Below the pieces are notes generated by a model. It made no database searches and was not told where the DNA came from. It saw only the letters and a list, made by a program, of their open reading frames with translations. A stretch of 64,000 nucleotides of DNA from Mobula hypostoma (Eukaryota): the NCBI RefSeq assembly GCF_963921235.1, contig NC_086109.1, positions 30,444,001 to 30,508,000 on the forward strand. Reading direction: 5' to 3'. The position numbers were made by a program, and so were the translations under genes. This document shows, piece by piece, positions 38,617 to 50,278 of this stretch (within the stretch, counting starts at the first letter, position 1; the number at the start of each line of letters is the position of its first letter).

Positions 38617-39219
38617 TGTAAATACTGCCCACAGTTATCGGTCGTCCAGAAGTGACAGATTGCACGCAGCATAAAATTATAAAGGAAGTATATTTACCAA
38701 ATTTTCAACTTCAACAAACAGTTGCAAAAAAAGAAAAGAAAAATAAAAGGGCCCCTTACAGTTAGACCAGTCCAATGTGCACATAAACGTTGGAGCTCAT
38801 ACTGGAGTGTTCAGGGGTGTATCTCTTACTCATGTGCTGGACCCATGGGCTGTGTGAAAGCACCCGACACATCCTGAACTTCCCTCAAAGTCCACGTTGA
38901 ACAAACCGATTCTCTCTCAGGTCCTTCCCCTTCCACACCTTGTAACACGGACTCTCCTTCCAATGGCATTCTGCGGCACTTTCCCCTGTGTTCCGCTCTG
39001 CAGCTCCCACCAAAAGACCCTAAACCAGAAAACTCTTCCCCACAGCTCTCCAGAACCTTCTCTCACATCCTGCAATCCTGATTAGCTGATCCACATTCCT
39101 AATTAGGACAACATGGATCCTTATCTTAGCCAAAATCAAAACATTTTTATGATGGAACACTGCTTTTATTAAAACTACCTTACAGAATAGTAGTAGAAAT
39201 CTTAGCAAGGGCATTACTT
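38617..39219 (-). mobile_element. Possible decayed solo LTR
   Basis: LTR-like composition with ends tgtaaatactgccc / gggcattact; boundaries and TSD uncertain. Confidence 0.3.
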
Positions 39220-39667
39220 AAGTTTTTTTTAAACAATTCTTCTTGAGCACTACACAATTAGATGCTTGAAAATCCATTAAAATAATACAATTCTGAATGT
39301 AATTCGGCCTTAGTAATGCCCAGAGTGCATCTGTAATCCAAACGTTTTCACAACATTTAATAATACATATCTCCGTGAAGCACTAACGACACAAAAGGGG
39401 CCTTGTGTTGGTAAAAGACTTAAAGGGTGATTTTCCTTTTCCACCTTCATTCTTTCCACCTTAAGAGGAATGGCTCATCCGAGCACAGGCACCCTAATCA
39501 TCAACAAGCCAACGGGTGTAATCAACATCCTTTCATCCATGATCTGCAGCAGCCAAAGAGATCATGATTGCCTGGAAAATTATATCTTGGCTTTTGACCT
39601 TGTTCTGGGATTTGCACTGTATTACGTATCAACCTGTATCCAAGATAGGCCACAGAATATGTCCACT

Positions 39668-40008
39668 CATTTGTTATGTGCCATGTTGAATGGCGTGGGT
39701 AATTATCGCCTATCCATGTAGAATTATATTTCTACGGAAGTGGTTTGCCGTTGCCTCCTTCTAGGCAGTGTCTTTACAAGATGGGTGACCCAAGCCATTA
39801 ACAATACTCTTCAGAGGTTGTCTGTCTGGTGCCAGTGGTTGTTTAACCAGGACTTGTGATAGGCACTATCTATTCCAATGGCTTCACGTGACAATGATCA
39901 GGGGGATAAGCAGGTGCTGCATCTTACCCAATGGTGACCTGCAGGCTAGCAGAGGGAGGGTGTTTATTAGACCTCCTTTGGTAGGGATGTATCTTCAATT
40001 CGCCACCC
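39668..40008 (-). mobile_element. Unclassified SINE-like repeat, copy 1
   Basis: Inverted homologue of 45565-45963. Confidence 0.65.
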
Positions 40009-41789
40009 AAACTGGGTGAACTGGATAACCTTAAGCCTGATACTTTGCCATCATCTTTATTGGCAAATGAGGTGTGAGACCAGGAATTGTTTCAATTCAT
40101 GATCATTGCTACTCTGGGGTGATATCTATTCTCTGTTTATGCCACTCTATGTCCTCCAGGAGATCCCAGGGATCAAAGTCAATGTATAAATTAAGAGTAA
40201 GGAGAAAATGTGGGTCCTTGCTTGTTCTTTGTGACTTTTTATTTGGTTAGGGAGAAGGGATGCTATCTGGGTCAAAGTTCATGAAAATCCATCTGATTCA
40301 TCTCCTGTCTCTCTGTGCTATTTCCTTTTTCCTTATTTTCTGCAAGGGAATGCTATTAGCAGCAGGAGAGCCTAAGGGTTCCTTGCTAAGTGAAAATATC
40401 TTATTAAAATAGAGCTAATTAACAGGAATTTTGTCTGACTGAGTTTTGTTAGGTAAAATTGTTAAGGGATAGGGAGCCAAAGCAGATAACTGGATCTGAA
40501 GTGCGAAGATGACCATGATTTAATTGAATAATGAACTTGCTCAAGGGCAGAATGGCCCACTTCTGCTCATATGCGAATATATTGGGAAATATGCGCCTTG
40601 GCATAACTAAATTTGGCACCTGACTGAATGGGGAATTGAGGCAAGCTTTATGTTCTAGTTGCCTTGTTCTCCATTTCCAGTATTCTATGACTATATAAAG
40701 ATATATAGTTACTTTTTAAACAATTGCCTATTATGCCTTAAACTTATCATACAAATTGATGTACTCAATAAGGCTCCATAGCTTCAGGTCTTCAGGTCTG
40801 TTTTCAATGGGTACATTTCAAATGTTGTGGTGGTAAAGATTTTAATGTTCCTGACTTTTGTATTTTGTCCTCTGGACTTGACCTACATTGGAAAGACTGG
40901 ATCTTTGTGATTCATATTTTCTCTTCATTCGATACGAATTGAACACTGGCCTCAGTATTGGATGAACTTAATGTTGGAGGTCATTGTTGTGGGACAAACA
41001 ACTCCCGTATTACTCCCACAATGATGAGTTGTAGGAGATATAGGATTTTGACCCAAAAATTGTTGTGATATGTTGATTTATGTCAAGGTGTATATGATTT
41101 AGAAGTGATAACTGATGTGTCCTCAGTTGTTGGAATTGTTGTGAAAGTAACATGAAGCATCTCAATCTGAACATTTTTAAACTATAACGTGCAGATGGAG
41201 AAGGGATTGGACTTTGAGGGCATAGTGTGAACTGTGTGAATGGAGTTGGAGTGCACAGGGAAAACTGAGTAAATTGAATCAGATGGTCTTTGGGATCTAT
41301 GCTGTTGGTGTGTTTGGCAAGACGCCATTGACATAAATGCAGTCAAATTTTGGGTGAGTATAAAGTGTCCCTACTTTTACTTTTTCACTCCAGGTACTGT
41401 TATCCCTTAAAAGCAAGTCTGTAGATTAAATGACCTGCCAAATATTTATCAGAAATAGAGCATGATTTTAATGGAACAAAAATCAATTTGGTGATGCAAT
41501 TAAATTGATAGCCAGGCCTTCCTTTAGCTCTTCTGTAAACATGGTTCTAAATACTCAGAGTTTTGTTCTACAACACAGGTGCCATAGCTTGTGAACACAG
41601 AATACAGTGAACTGCAAAGCCCTAGTGATGATTGCCGGCCTTTTGTATCTTTGAAGTCCATTGTCCACTGTCAGTAGTCTTTAAAAGCAAATCAGAATTT
41701 TTTTTCCTGCTCACTTACCTGAAATCCATCCCTAATTGTTCATAAATGGAGTGACTTGCTGGGGCAGATCAGAGGACTTTTAGAGTTAA

Positions 41790-42058
41790 CCAGTTTCCTG
41801 GGATTTTGAGTATCAGGTAAGCAAAGCCAGATAAACGTGGCAATTATTCCCCCAAAGTACATTACAAACAAAAAAAAATGTTTATCTCGATCAGTGAGTT
41901 TCATGGTCAGCACTATTCAAAGCAACTTTGAAAAAATCCAGTTTATTAATTCATTAAATTTAAATTCCTCATTGTCCTGCAGGATTTGAACTCACCTCAA
42001 GATTGCTTATACTGGTCCCTGGATTACCAGTCTAGTAACATATACCCACTATGTTACT
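41790..42058 (-). mobile_element. Old tRNA-derived SINE-like fragment
   Basis: ggatttgaactc (reverse B box) and ggattaccagtctagtaacatatacccactatg (reverse tRNA-like head). Confidence 0.4.
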
Positions 42059-42253
42059 AACAAGAGAAAATCTGCTGATGCTGGAAATCCGAGCAACACA
42101 CACAAAATGCTGGAGGAACTCAGCAGGCCTGGCAGCATCTATGGAAAAAAGTACAGTCGATGTTTTGGGCTGAAAACCTTCGTCAGTAGACTGTACTTTT
42201 TTCCATAGATGCTGCCTGGCCTGCTGAGTTCCTCCAGCATTTTGTGTGTGTTG
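42059..42253. mobile_element. 195-bp palindromic Penelope-derived insertion
   Basis: About 65-bp inverted arms; perfect 14-bp TSD CCCACTATGTTACT (42045-42058, 42254-42267). Confidence 0.88.
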
Positions 42254-44774
42254 CCCACTATGTTACTGATGTCTAATTTTATCTATGTTTTCTAAATATA
42301 TCAGGGCATTTTATATTAGTGGAGGTGAAATTGTTTTACCAGTGACAATACGTAGACTTCCACTCTTGTACTACAGAAATTTTATCATGCCTGTGTATGT
42401 ATTATGTTAATCAGAAGTGAAATAATTATTATGATTGATACTCATAATCATTTACCATCATTAAGACTAACTGTTCCATATGGAGTGTTCTGTAATAGCT
42501 TTGTTGTTCTACTCTTGGTTTCTCAGCTGCACCTGAGAACCTGCCTTTTCTGCCATGTAGTAGCCAGGCTGTGAGACCAGTACCAGCAGCTAATCACCTG
42601 CAAAATGATTCATTTATCCCTGGAGTGAGGACGCCGAGTGTGTTCAAGCAGGTGAATGGGTTAGGTTACTCGAAAATAATGAGGATGAGGCAATGTAGGA
42701 GGGGATGCCCATAGTTAAGCAGAGACGTGAAGGATAGCATCAGTAGGCTTCAAATCTTAATGGGTACCCTTTGTGCATGAGGTACTTCAATGTACTGGAA
42801 TATACTGTATAGACAGAACAAAATGAAAAAGAATGGCAAACTAAATTATGTCAGATCTGGGGAGTGAGCTTATTTTGTGATGTGCATCAATAACAGGAGG
42901 CTACTGCAGAAAGTTTATGAAATTCTTTTGTTTTTTAAAATTTATTGTTAGTAATGAGTTTCATCTTTCAATATCTTAATTTGGAAGTCACAAACTACTA
43001 AAGAGATCCATTAAGTTACACCCTCCTGATTGCAGGTACACTCTGATGAAGATAAGAATGCAGACAATCTTATTAAAGAAGAATGACTAGAGGGGTGGCA
43101 AAACAAAGGAAAAGTTTCAAATTTGCTGACACATTTTTGGTAATTCCTCTTTACTCAAGTGTCCTTACTCTGATTTGAGTGAATTTCTTGGGGTATGGGC
43201 TAATTAATAGCTATTAACATTATGTACTGAGACCCATCCACAGGGATGAAGGGAAAACAGCTGCAGATATATCACAGTCCAGCTTCAGTTATGGTATAGG
43301 GTGTAATCAGAAGGGTGTTAATACCTTACATTGCAACTGATTGTCTCAGAAAGGCTGCTGTTTCATTTTGATAGAAGCTACATATTTGCACAGAACCATC
43401 TGCTGTGGATTTTCAATGGATAAGTTCCTCAGTGGTAACAGATATTAGGAAATTGAAAGAGCTGTTCTTCAGTGAAATACCACTTCCCTTTATTTCACTG
43501 TGAGGGCCATCCCAACTGTTTTCTGAGTGAGTAGATAGACCAAATATTAAAATGGCTGTTGCACTGTATGTATATATCATTATATTCTCCTCATTAAAAC
43601 TTGCTTCCACCTTAAACTGCTCACTCCATTAGCTATCTCCTACCTTAACTGTGATTCACAGATTGGCACTTCAGAATCCACTAGGCCATTGTGAAAATTC
43701 TGTATGTTTTCTTCATTCCCACAGGAATTCCCTAAGTAACTTATTTATGGCGGCAGAATAAATGTTAGAAGGGATTTTGCTTTATTTTCATTTATTTCCT
43801 TGAAATGTAATCTGTCCACACATGAAACTACTTTGACCTTCTTCATAGCAAAGGTATGAATATCACACAGGAACTGTTCGGAAGGTCATGGGAAAATACT
43901 GGCAAATCGGAGTAGCTTGGATGGGTTAGCATGGTCTAGTTGGGCTGAAGGGCCTGTTTACATCACTGTATGTCACACATATGCACCGTATGTATATATC
44001 TGAGCTGAACCATTTCACAAGGACACGGAAGTTTCTAGCATCTGCAAGTACTTTGCAACTGGAAGTTAAATTTAATTTTCAGAAATTGTGAAGTATGCTC
44101 TGTATGTTAAGCATAGTTAAGTTCATCATCAGTGGGAAGATGTTTTCTTTCTGAATGTCTTTCTCAAAAAGTCATTAATGAAAATGAGTCATTATTATTA
44201 GACTGGCACATTAATGGAAATGTTATACCCTGCAGGAAATTACCAAATGGAAGATTTAAATTTCTTCAGGGTAGACATCCCTGGAAGAGACCTCTTCAAT
44301 GAAAAATACCAGCAAAGCTCTCTTTAAGTTCTTTTGTAATACAATGTAAATAAAAGTTCTAACAGGACAAACAAATCCATCTCAATTTCATGAATAGAGA
44401 TTCTGCAGATGATGGAAATCCAGAGTAGCATAGATGAAATGCTAATCAAGCAGCATTTATGCAAAGAAATAAACAGTCAATGATTTGGTCTGAGAGCCTT
44501 CGATCAGTGCTGCATTTTGTGATCTTCATCAATGCATCATTTTACAATTGGTATTCTTATTGTTTGATAATGCTTCCTGATAGGAGATCAGTTACCAATA
44601 ACAACATTTGCACCTGGATAGGGTTTGGTGCATGTGAAGAGGAGATTTAAAATTTCAGTGGACCTTAACATCTACTTCTGCTCCTATGTTTTGTATACTT
44701 TTAGTATAGATATAGGCATCTTCTTTGGATATGAATTTTTGCTTTACAAAGCAGAAATGTTTCAATGGTACATC

Positions 44775-45290
44775 ATAGAGTCATAGAGCACCACAAAAAC
44801 ATGCACTTTGGCACATCTAGTCCATACTGGCCTGGTCTTCTACCTAGCCCCATCTATTTACAGCTGGCCTATAGCACTCAATACATCTCTCACCCATGTA
44901 CCTATCCAAACTTCTCTTAAGTGTTACAATTGAACCCATATCTCTCACTTCCACTGGCAGCTCGTTTCACACATGCACCACCCTCTGAGTGAAGAAGTTC
45001 CCCTCAGAATCCCCATAAATGCTTCATCTTTCACCCTATACCTCTGACCTTTAGCTGTATTCTCACCCAGGCTGAGGGGATAAAACACCTGCATGCATCT
45101 ATCCTATCTACAACCCTTATAATTGTGTATACCGCTATAAAATCTCTCATCCTTCTCCTGTACTCCAGTGAATAAAGTCATAACCTATTCACCTTTCCCT
45201 GTAATTCAGATCCTCAAGTCTCGGCAACATCCCTGTAAATTTTCTTTTTATTGCTTCAAGCTTATTGATAACTTCCCTGACATTAGGTAA
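44775..45290 (-). mobile_element. CR1 3' fragment
   Basis: catagagtcatagag tail; reverse complement of NFFTQRVV and other ORF2 C-terminal motifs. Confidence 0.75.
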
Positions 45291-45564
45291 CCGCAGAACT
45301 TCAGTCTATGAAAGAATTTTTCTCCCTTTGTTAAGTTTTACATCAAAGAAATATCCGTATTGGTGCAACACAGCACAAATTCAGAATAATTTTCTTGAAA
45401 TGTTTCTTCAAAATATACTTGGACCTTACCTTCAGCAGAGTGGATTTTTGCTACACTGCTCTGATTATTCTAAATTACAGCCTCAAGCTGTTTCTAACCA
45501 AGGATGTTAATTTAGCATCAAGTTAAGCTAAATTCTAGGAAATTCAGGCCTTGGTATTGAACAT

Positions 45565-45963
45565 GGGTGGCGGGGTGGAAATACGTCTCTACCAAAGGAG
45601 ATGTAAGGCACTCCTTCCCTCCCCTAGTCTGCAGGTCAACCTTGGGCAAGGTGTAGCACCTGCTTATTGCTCCTGCCACCCTGCCCCCACCACCTGAGCA
45701 GGGTCATGCGAAGCCATACGAGCAGGTGGCGGGTGGCAAAGGAGAGTTGATGCTTATCACAAGTCCTGGTTATGGGAACACTGACACCAGGCAAACAATC
45801 ACTGGAGAGTAGTGATAATGGCTTGGGTCACCCTTCTTGTAAGAATACTGCCCAGAAGAAAGCAGTGACAATCCACTTCTATAGAAAAATCTGCCAAGAC
45901 CAATAATGGTCATGGAAAGACCATGATCGCTCACATCATATGACATGGTACACAATGAATGAA
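45565..45963 (+). mobile_element. Unclassified SINE-like repeat, copy 2
   Basis: Starts gggtggcggggtgg, ends with an (AATG)n tail; homologous to 39668-40008. Confidence 0.65.
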
Positions 45964-46659
45964 CAGTACAGGACAAACTAGAAACTGTGGTTTCATGTAG
46001 GAATTCTATATCACATTTAGAATGGATTCAAATACCTTTTCTTCTTTATTAGCAGTTCCTTGGAATCAAGAATGACATGCTACCACTTTGTGGGTTGTGA
46101 CGTAGATATAAAGGTCAATGTGGGGATCATAGACTCTAGCACAGAATGTGCAGGAGTTGGCTTACAGGGAGGGTAGGTGGTTGGGTACTTCACTCCTTTC
46201 TGTACTTATTCAGGGCTTCTGATGCATAGTCAATGTTTTCAGTAGCTGCCCGAATGCCCTCTTCCAATTCAGAAAGCTTTACACAGCCATTCCCATTGTT
46301 GTCTTGTTGTGCATTAACAGCATTGGACTTAAGGGTTTTAACCTAATTGCCTTGAAACTGATAGCTTGCTTTAGGAGGATATTACTCATTGGAATTATCA
46401 CTGGTTGCTGTAGCACACTTATATTGGTGTAAATACAATTTATCTCTATCCTGGATTTTATAATCTTGTTGATCTACTCAACAATGCACAGTTTGTAAAA
46501 TTTATTTTCTAATCCACATTACACGCAGTCATTCCATGCCATTTCTTCCGTAGCTATTCATGTGGCCACCCACAGTACTTGCAATTCCTTAGGGATCTTG
46601 GCTCCACTCTCCCTCTTCTGCCTTTTATCACCTAGTTGACATGTTCTGCCTGAACATTC

Positions 46660-46800
46660 CTGAACATTCTAATGAAGGGTCTTGACCCAAAACATCAACT
46701 GTTTACTTTTTTCCATAGATGCTGCCTGGCCTGTTGAGTTGCTCCAGCGTTTTGTGTGTGCTTTGCATTTCCAGCATCTGCAGATTTTCTCATGTTTGTG
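46660..46800 (+). mobile_element. Penelope-like terminal fragment
   Basis: Degenerate hammerhead followed by gatgctgcctggcctgttgagttgctccagc. Confidence 0.65.
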
Positions 46801-47310
46801 TCACTGCATGTTCATCTTTCTTTTGACATGCAACAGTTTGACAGTGGATAGCCCCCATAACTCTGCACATCCATTTGTATTTTTCCAGAGTTAACTCTGT
46901 CTCTTGAGGTAGCCATTTCCACAGACAGGAAATCCAGATACGACAGACAATCTGATCCCTGACCAAGTCCTTCAGATTTGCAGAACTGGAGTAACCTGCC
47001 AACAATCTTACTTCTGTTAACAAAGTATCCCCAAGAGGACTTTCCCTGCTCCTGACTGCAATGCATGAACTAGCAACAGTCAACTACTTTATTTCTAGAT
47101 AGGTTACTCTGTGTCTGCAATGGATTAAATGTATTTATCAGGGTCTCATTTGAGTGTTTTGAGTTCAGCTACAGTTCCTACCATTTCTGATCTATGAAAT
47201 AAAGATTTAGCACAGAAACAGGCCTCTCAGCTCACCAAGTCACTGATCACTGAACACAACCCACAGTATTGACTCACTCTCAAGGACTCTACAACTCATG
47301 TTCTCAGTAT

Positions 47311-47341
47311 TATTTATCTATCTATCTATCTATCTATCTAT

Positions 47342-47376
<35 letters not shown>

Positions 47377-47379
47377 TTT
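47311..47379. repeat. (TCTA)n(TTTA)n microsatellite
   Basis: Visible directly in the sequence. Confidence 0.9.
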
Positions 47380-47659
47380 GTATTTGCGGTTTATTTTCTT
47401 TTGTACTTGGCTAGAGTGTCAGTCTGTATATAATTTTTCATTGATTCGGTTGCATGTCTTCGTTCTACTGCGAATGCATGCAAGAAAATGAATCACAGGA
47501 TTGCATATTGTCACATACAAATAGTTAAATTAATATATTTAATTTTGAACTTTGAAGTCTGTACTGACTATTATGCAATGACTCAAGTGTCTGTATTTTG
47601 TCTATGATGTAATATCTCACATGAATTACCTGGCTTGCTGTCTTTCAGCACATGTCAAT

Positions 47660-48573
47660 GTGTCCTCTTTCTCTTCACCATTTACACCTCGGACTTCAAC
47701 TACTGCACAGAGTCTTGTCATCTTCAGAAGTTTTCGGATGACTCTGCCATAGTTGGATGCATCAGCAAGGGAGATGAGGCTGAGTACAGGGCTACGGTAG
47801 GAAACTTTGTCACATGGTGTGAGCAGAATTATCTGCAGCTTAGTGTGAAAAAAACTAAGGAGCTGGTGGTAGACCTGAGGAGAGCTAAGGTACCGGTGAC
47901 CCCTGTTTCCATCCAGGGGGTCAGTGTGGACATGGTGGAGGATTACAAATACCTGGGGATACGAGTTGACAATAAACTGGACTGGTCAAAGAACACTGAG
48001 GCTGTCTACAAGAAGGGTCAGAGCCGTCTCTATTTCCTGAGGAGACTGAGGTCCTTTAACATCTGCCGGACAATGCTGAGGATGTTCTATGAGTCTGTGG
48101 TGGCCAGTGCTATCATGTTTGCTGTTGTGTGCTGGGGCAGCAGGCTGAGGGTAGCAGACACGAGCAGAATCAACAAACTCATTCGTAAGGCCAGTGATGT
48201 TGTGGGGATGGAACTGGACTTTCTGATGGTGGTGTCTGAAAAGAGGATGCTGTCCAAGTTGCATGCCATCTTGGACAATGTCTCCCATCCTCTACATAAT
48301 GTACTGGGTGGACACAGGAGTACATTCAGCCAGAGACTCATTCCACCGAGATGCAGCACAGAGCGTCATAGGAAGTCATCAAACTTTACAACTCCTCCCT
48401 TGGAGGGCGAGACACCCTGAGCCAGTAGGCTGGTCCTGGACTTATTTCATAATTTACTGGCATAATTTACATATTACTATTTAACTATTTATGGTTCTAT
48501 TACTATTTATTATTTATGGTGCAACTGTAACAAAAAACAATTTCCCCCGGGATCAATAAAGTATGACTATGAC
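47660..48573 (+). mobile_element. 5'-truncated Rex1/Babar LINE (RT C-terminal half)
   Basis: ORF 47635-48420 with LFTIYTSD, KFSDD, KTKELVVD, YKYLG, RLYFLRRLRSF; tail aataaagtatgactatgac. Confidence 0.88.
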
Positions 48574-49010
48574 GATTAATTGGGAGAGATCATGTCTGGT
48601 GTTCAGTGTATGGATTCAGTTATGACAGTGTACATTTAAAGATTTACAAACATGTATTTCTGATGCCACCATATGTCAATATTGTTTTCCAAGTATAGCA
48701 GGTATGTTAAACCTGAGACAGTGAGAGAGGGTGAAAGTATGTTTTTCCTTTGCTTCTGGCACTGGATAACAATTGTTTCTTGGCAATTCTATTCCAAAAA
48801 TGTAACAATACTTGTGGAGAACGTCATTGGTCAAATGTTAAAATTAATGAAGAGGTAAACAACAATATTTCAAGGACCACATATATTAGAGGGTAAACCT
48901 CTACAATAGGAGAAGTCCTGACGAATTGTAACAGCATCTAAATAAGAAGCAACATACATCAAAGTTGCTGGTGAACGCAGCAGGCCAGGCAGCATCTATA
49001 GGAAGAGGCG

Positions 49011-49048
49011 CAGTCGACGTTTCAGGCCGAGACCCTTCGTCAGGACTA
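49011..49048 (-). ncRNA. Minimal type I hammerhead ribozyme in a short Penelope terminal fragment (48944-49048)
   Basis: Sense agtc-CTGACGA-agggtctcggcct-GAAA-cg-TC-gact; intact core and GUC triplet. Confidence 0.75.
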
Positions 49049-49463
49049 ACTGAATTAGTTTAGCAATAGAACCTCTGGCCCAGAGTTCTGTCAGGATGGT
49101 AAGAGGTCAAAAAAATGTTAATGAGATAAGTATAATTATTAGCATGTCTTGTATGCATATTGAATCACCCACACCCAAATGTAGATTGCAGCACATAATG
49201 GCTGAACTGAACATATCCAATATTTTTATATTTTCTCATGTCATAGAAGGAGGCCATTTGGCCCATTGACCTTATGCCAGCTTTCAAAGCAACCCCACTA
49301 CCACTTATTTGCTGGTAATCTATTCTCCTTAACGTAGCCATCAATTTCACCCTGATTTGCCTGTCATCAGTCAGTATGCCTTTAGAATGTAGGAGGAAGC
49401 TAGAGCACATGAGCACACTGGGTAAGCCAGATGATCACAGACTGAACATATAAGGTCCACATA

Positions 49464-49529
49464 CAGTACTGTGCAAAAGTTTCGGCACATATATACAACT
49501 GGGGAGCTTAAGACTTTTGCATAGTACTG
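49464..49529. mobile_element. 66-bp Tc1-like mini-MITE
   Basis: TIRs CAGTACTGTGCAAAAGT / ACTTTTGCATAGTACTG with TA on both sides. Confidence 0.8.
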
Positions 49530-49809
49530 TAGTAATTTCATCTATTACACTGTACTGCTGCAAAAAAAAATTCATGATATATGTGAGTGATGATAAACAT
49601 CCTGATATGGGTCTCTATTGTGGACTCAGAGTGAGACGACGGCAGGGAGAGGGGAACCATGGTTGGGAAAAGGGGAAGGGAGAGGGAAAGCACCAGAGAG
49701 ACTTTCTGTAAAAATCAATAAATCAATTGCAAGGAATCAAGTGATCTTGCCTAGTGTCCCAGGGCAGGGTGAGTCTGCACTCGCTTCACTCGGAGAAGGC
49801 CCCGAGTCC

Positions 49810-50278
49810 TTGGCTTTGCTTGTTGCTCGGCAGCTGGGGAAGGGTCAAAGCGCTCGGTGGAGATGGTGCTTAGTGCTCGGAGTCGGAGGACTGGTCGGAG
49901 GCTCGAGGTTTTCGGATGGACTCAGAGTCGGTTGTGGTCGGGTGCTTCCGACGCATTGGCAGTTGTCGGTGCCTGGAGGTTTATGGCAGGGAGAGTTTCT
50001 CCCTTCTGCCGCCTGCTATCGGGGACTATCGGGAGTCGATCGTAACTTTGAGACCCTTTTTTACTGTGCCCATGGTCTGCTCTTTATCAAATTATGGTAT
50101 TGCTTTGCACTGCTGTAACTATATGTTATAATTATGTGGTCTTGTCAGTGTTAGTCTTTAGTTTGTCCTGTTTTTTTGTGATATCAGTCTGGAGGAACAT
50201 TTTGATCATTTCTTAATACGAGCCTTTCTAAATGACAATAAATGAGGACTGAGTGTCCTCATAATCTAATCTAATCTA
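49810..50278 (+). mobile_element. Non-autonomous LINE-derived element with (TCTAA)n tail
   Basis: Homologous to 14766-15367. Confidence 0.6.

Noticed and set aside
46790..47083. Two minus-strand ORFs with protein-like look
   Set aside because: Alternative frames are equally open, no homology recognised, and they run into a Penelope fragment.
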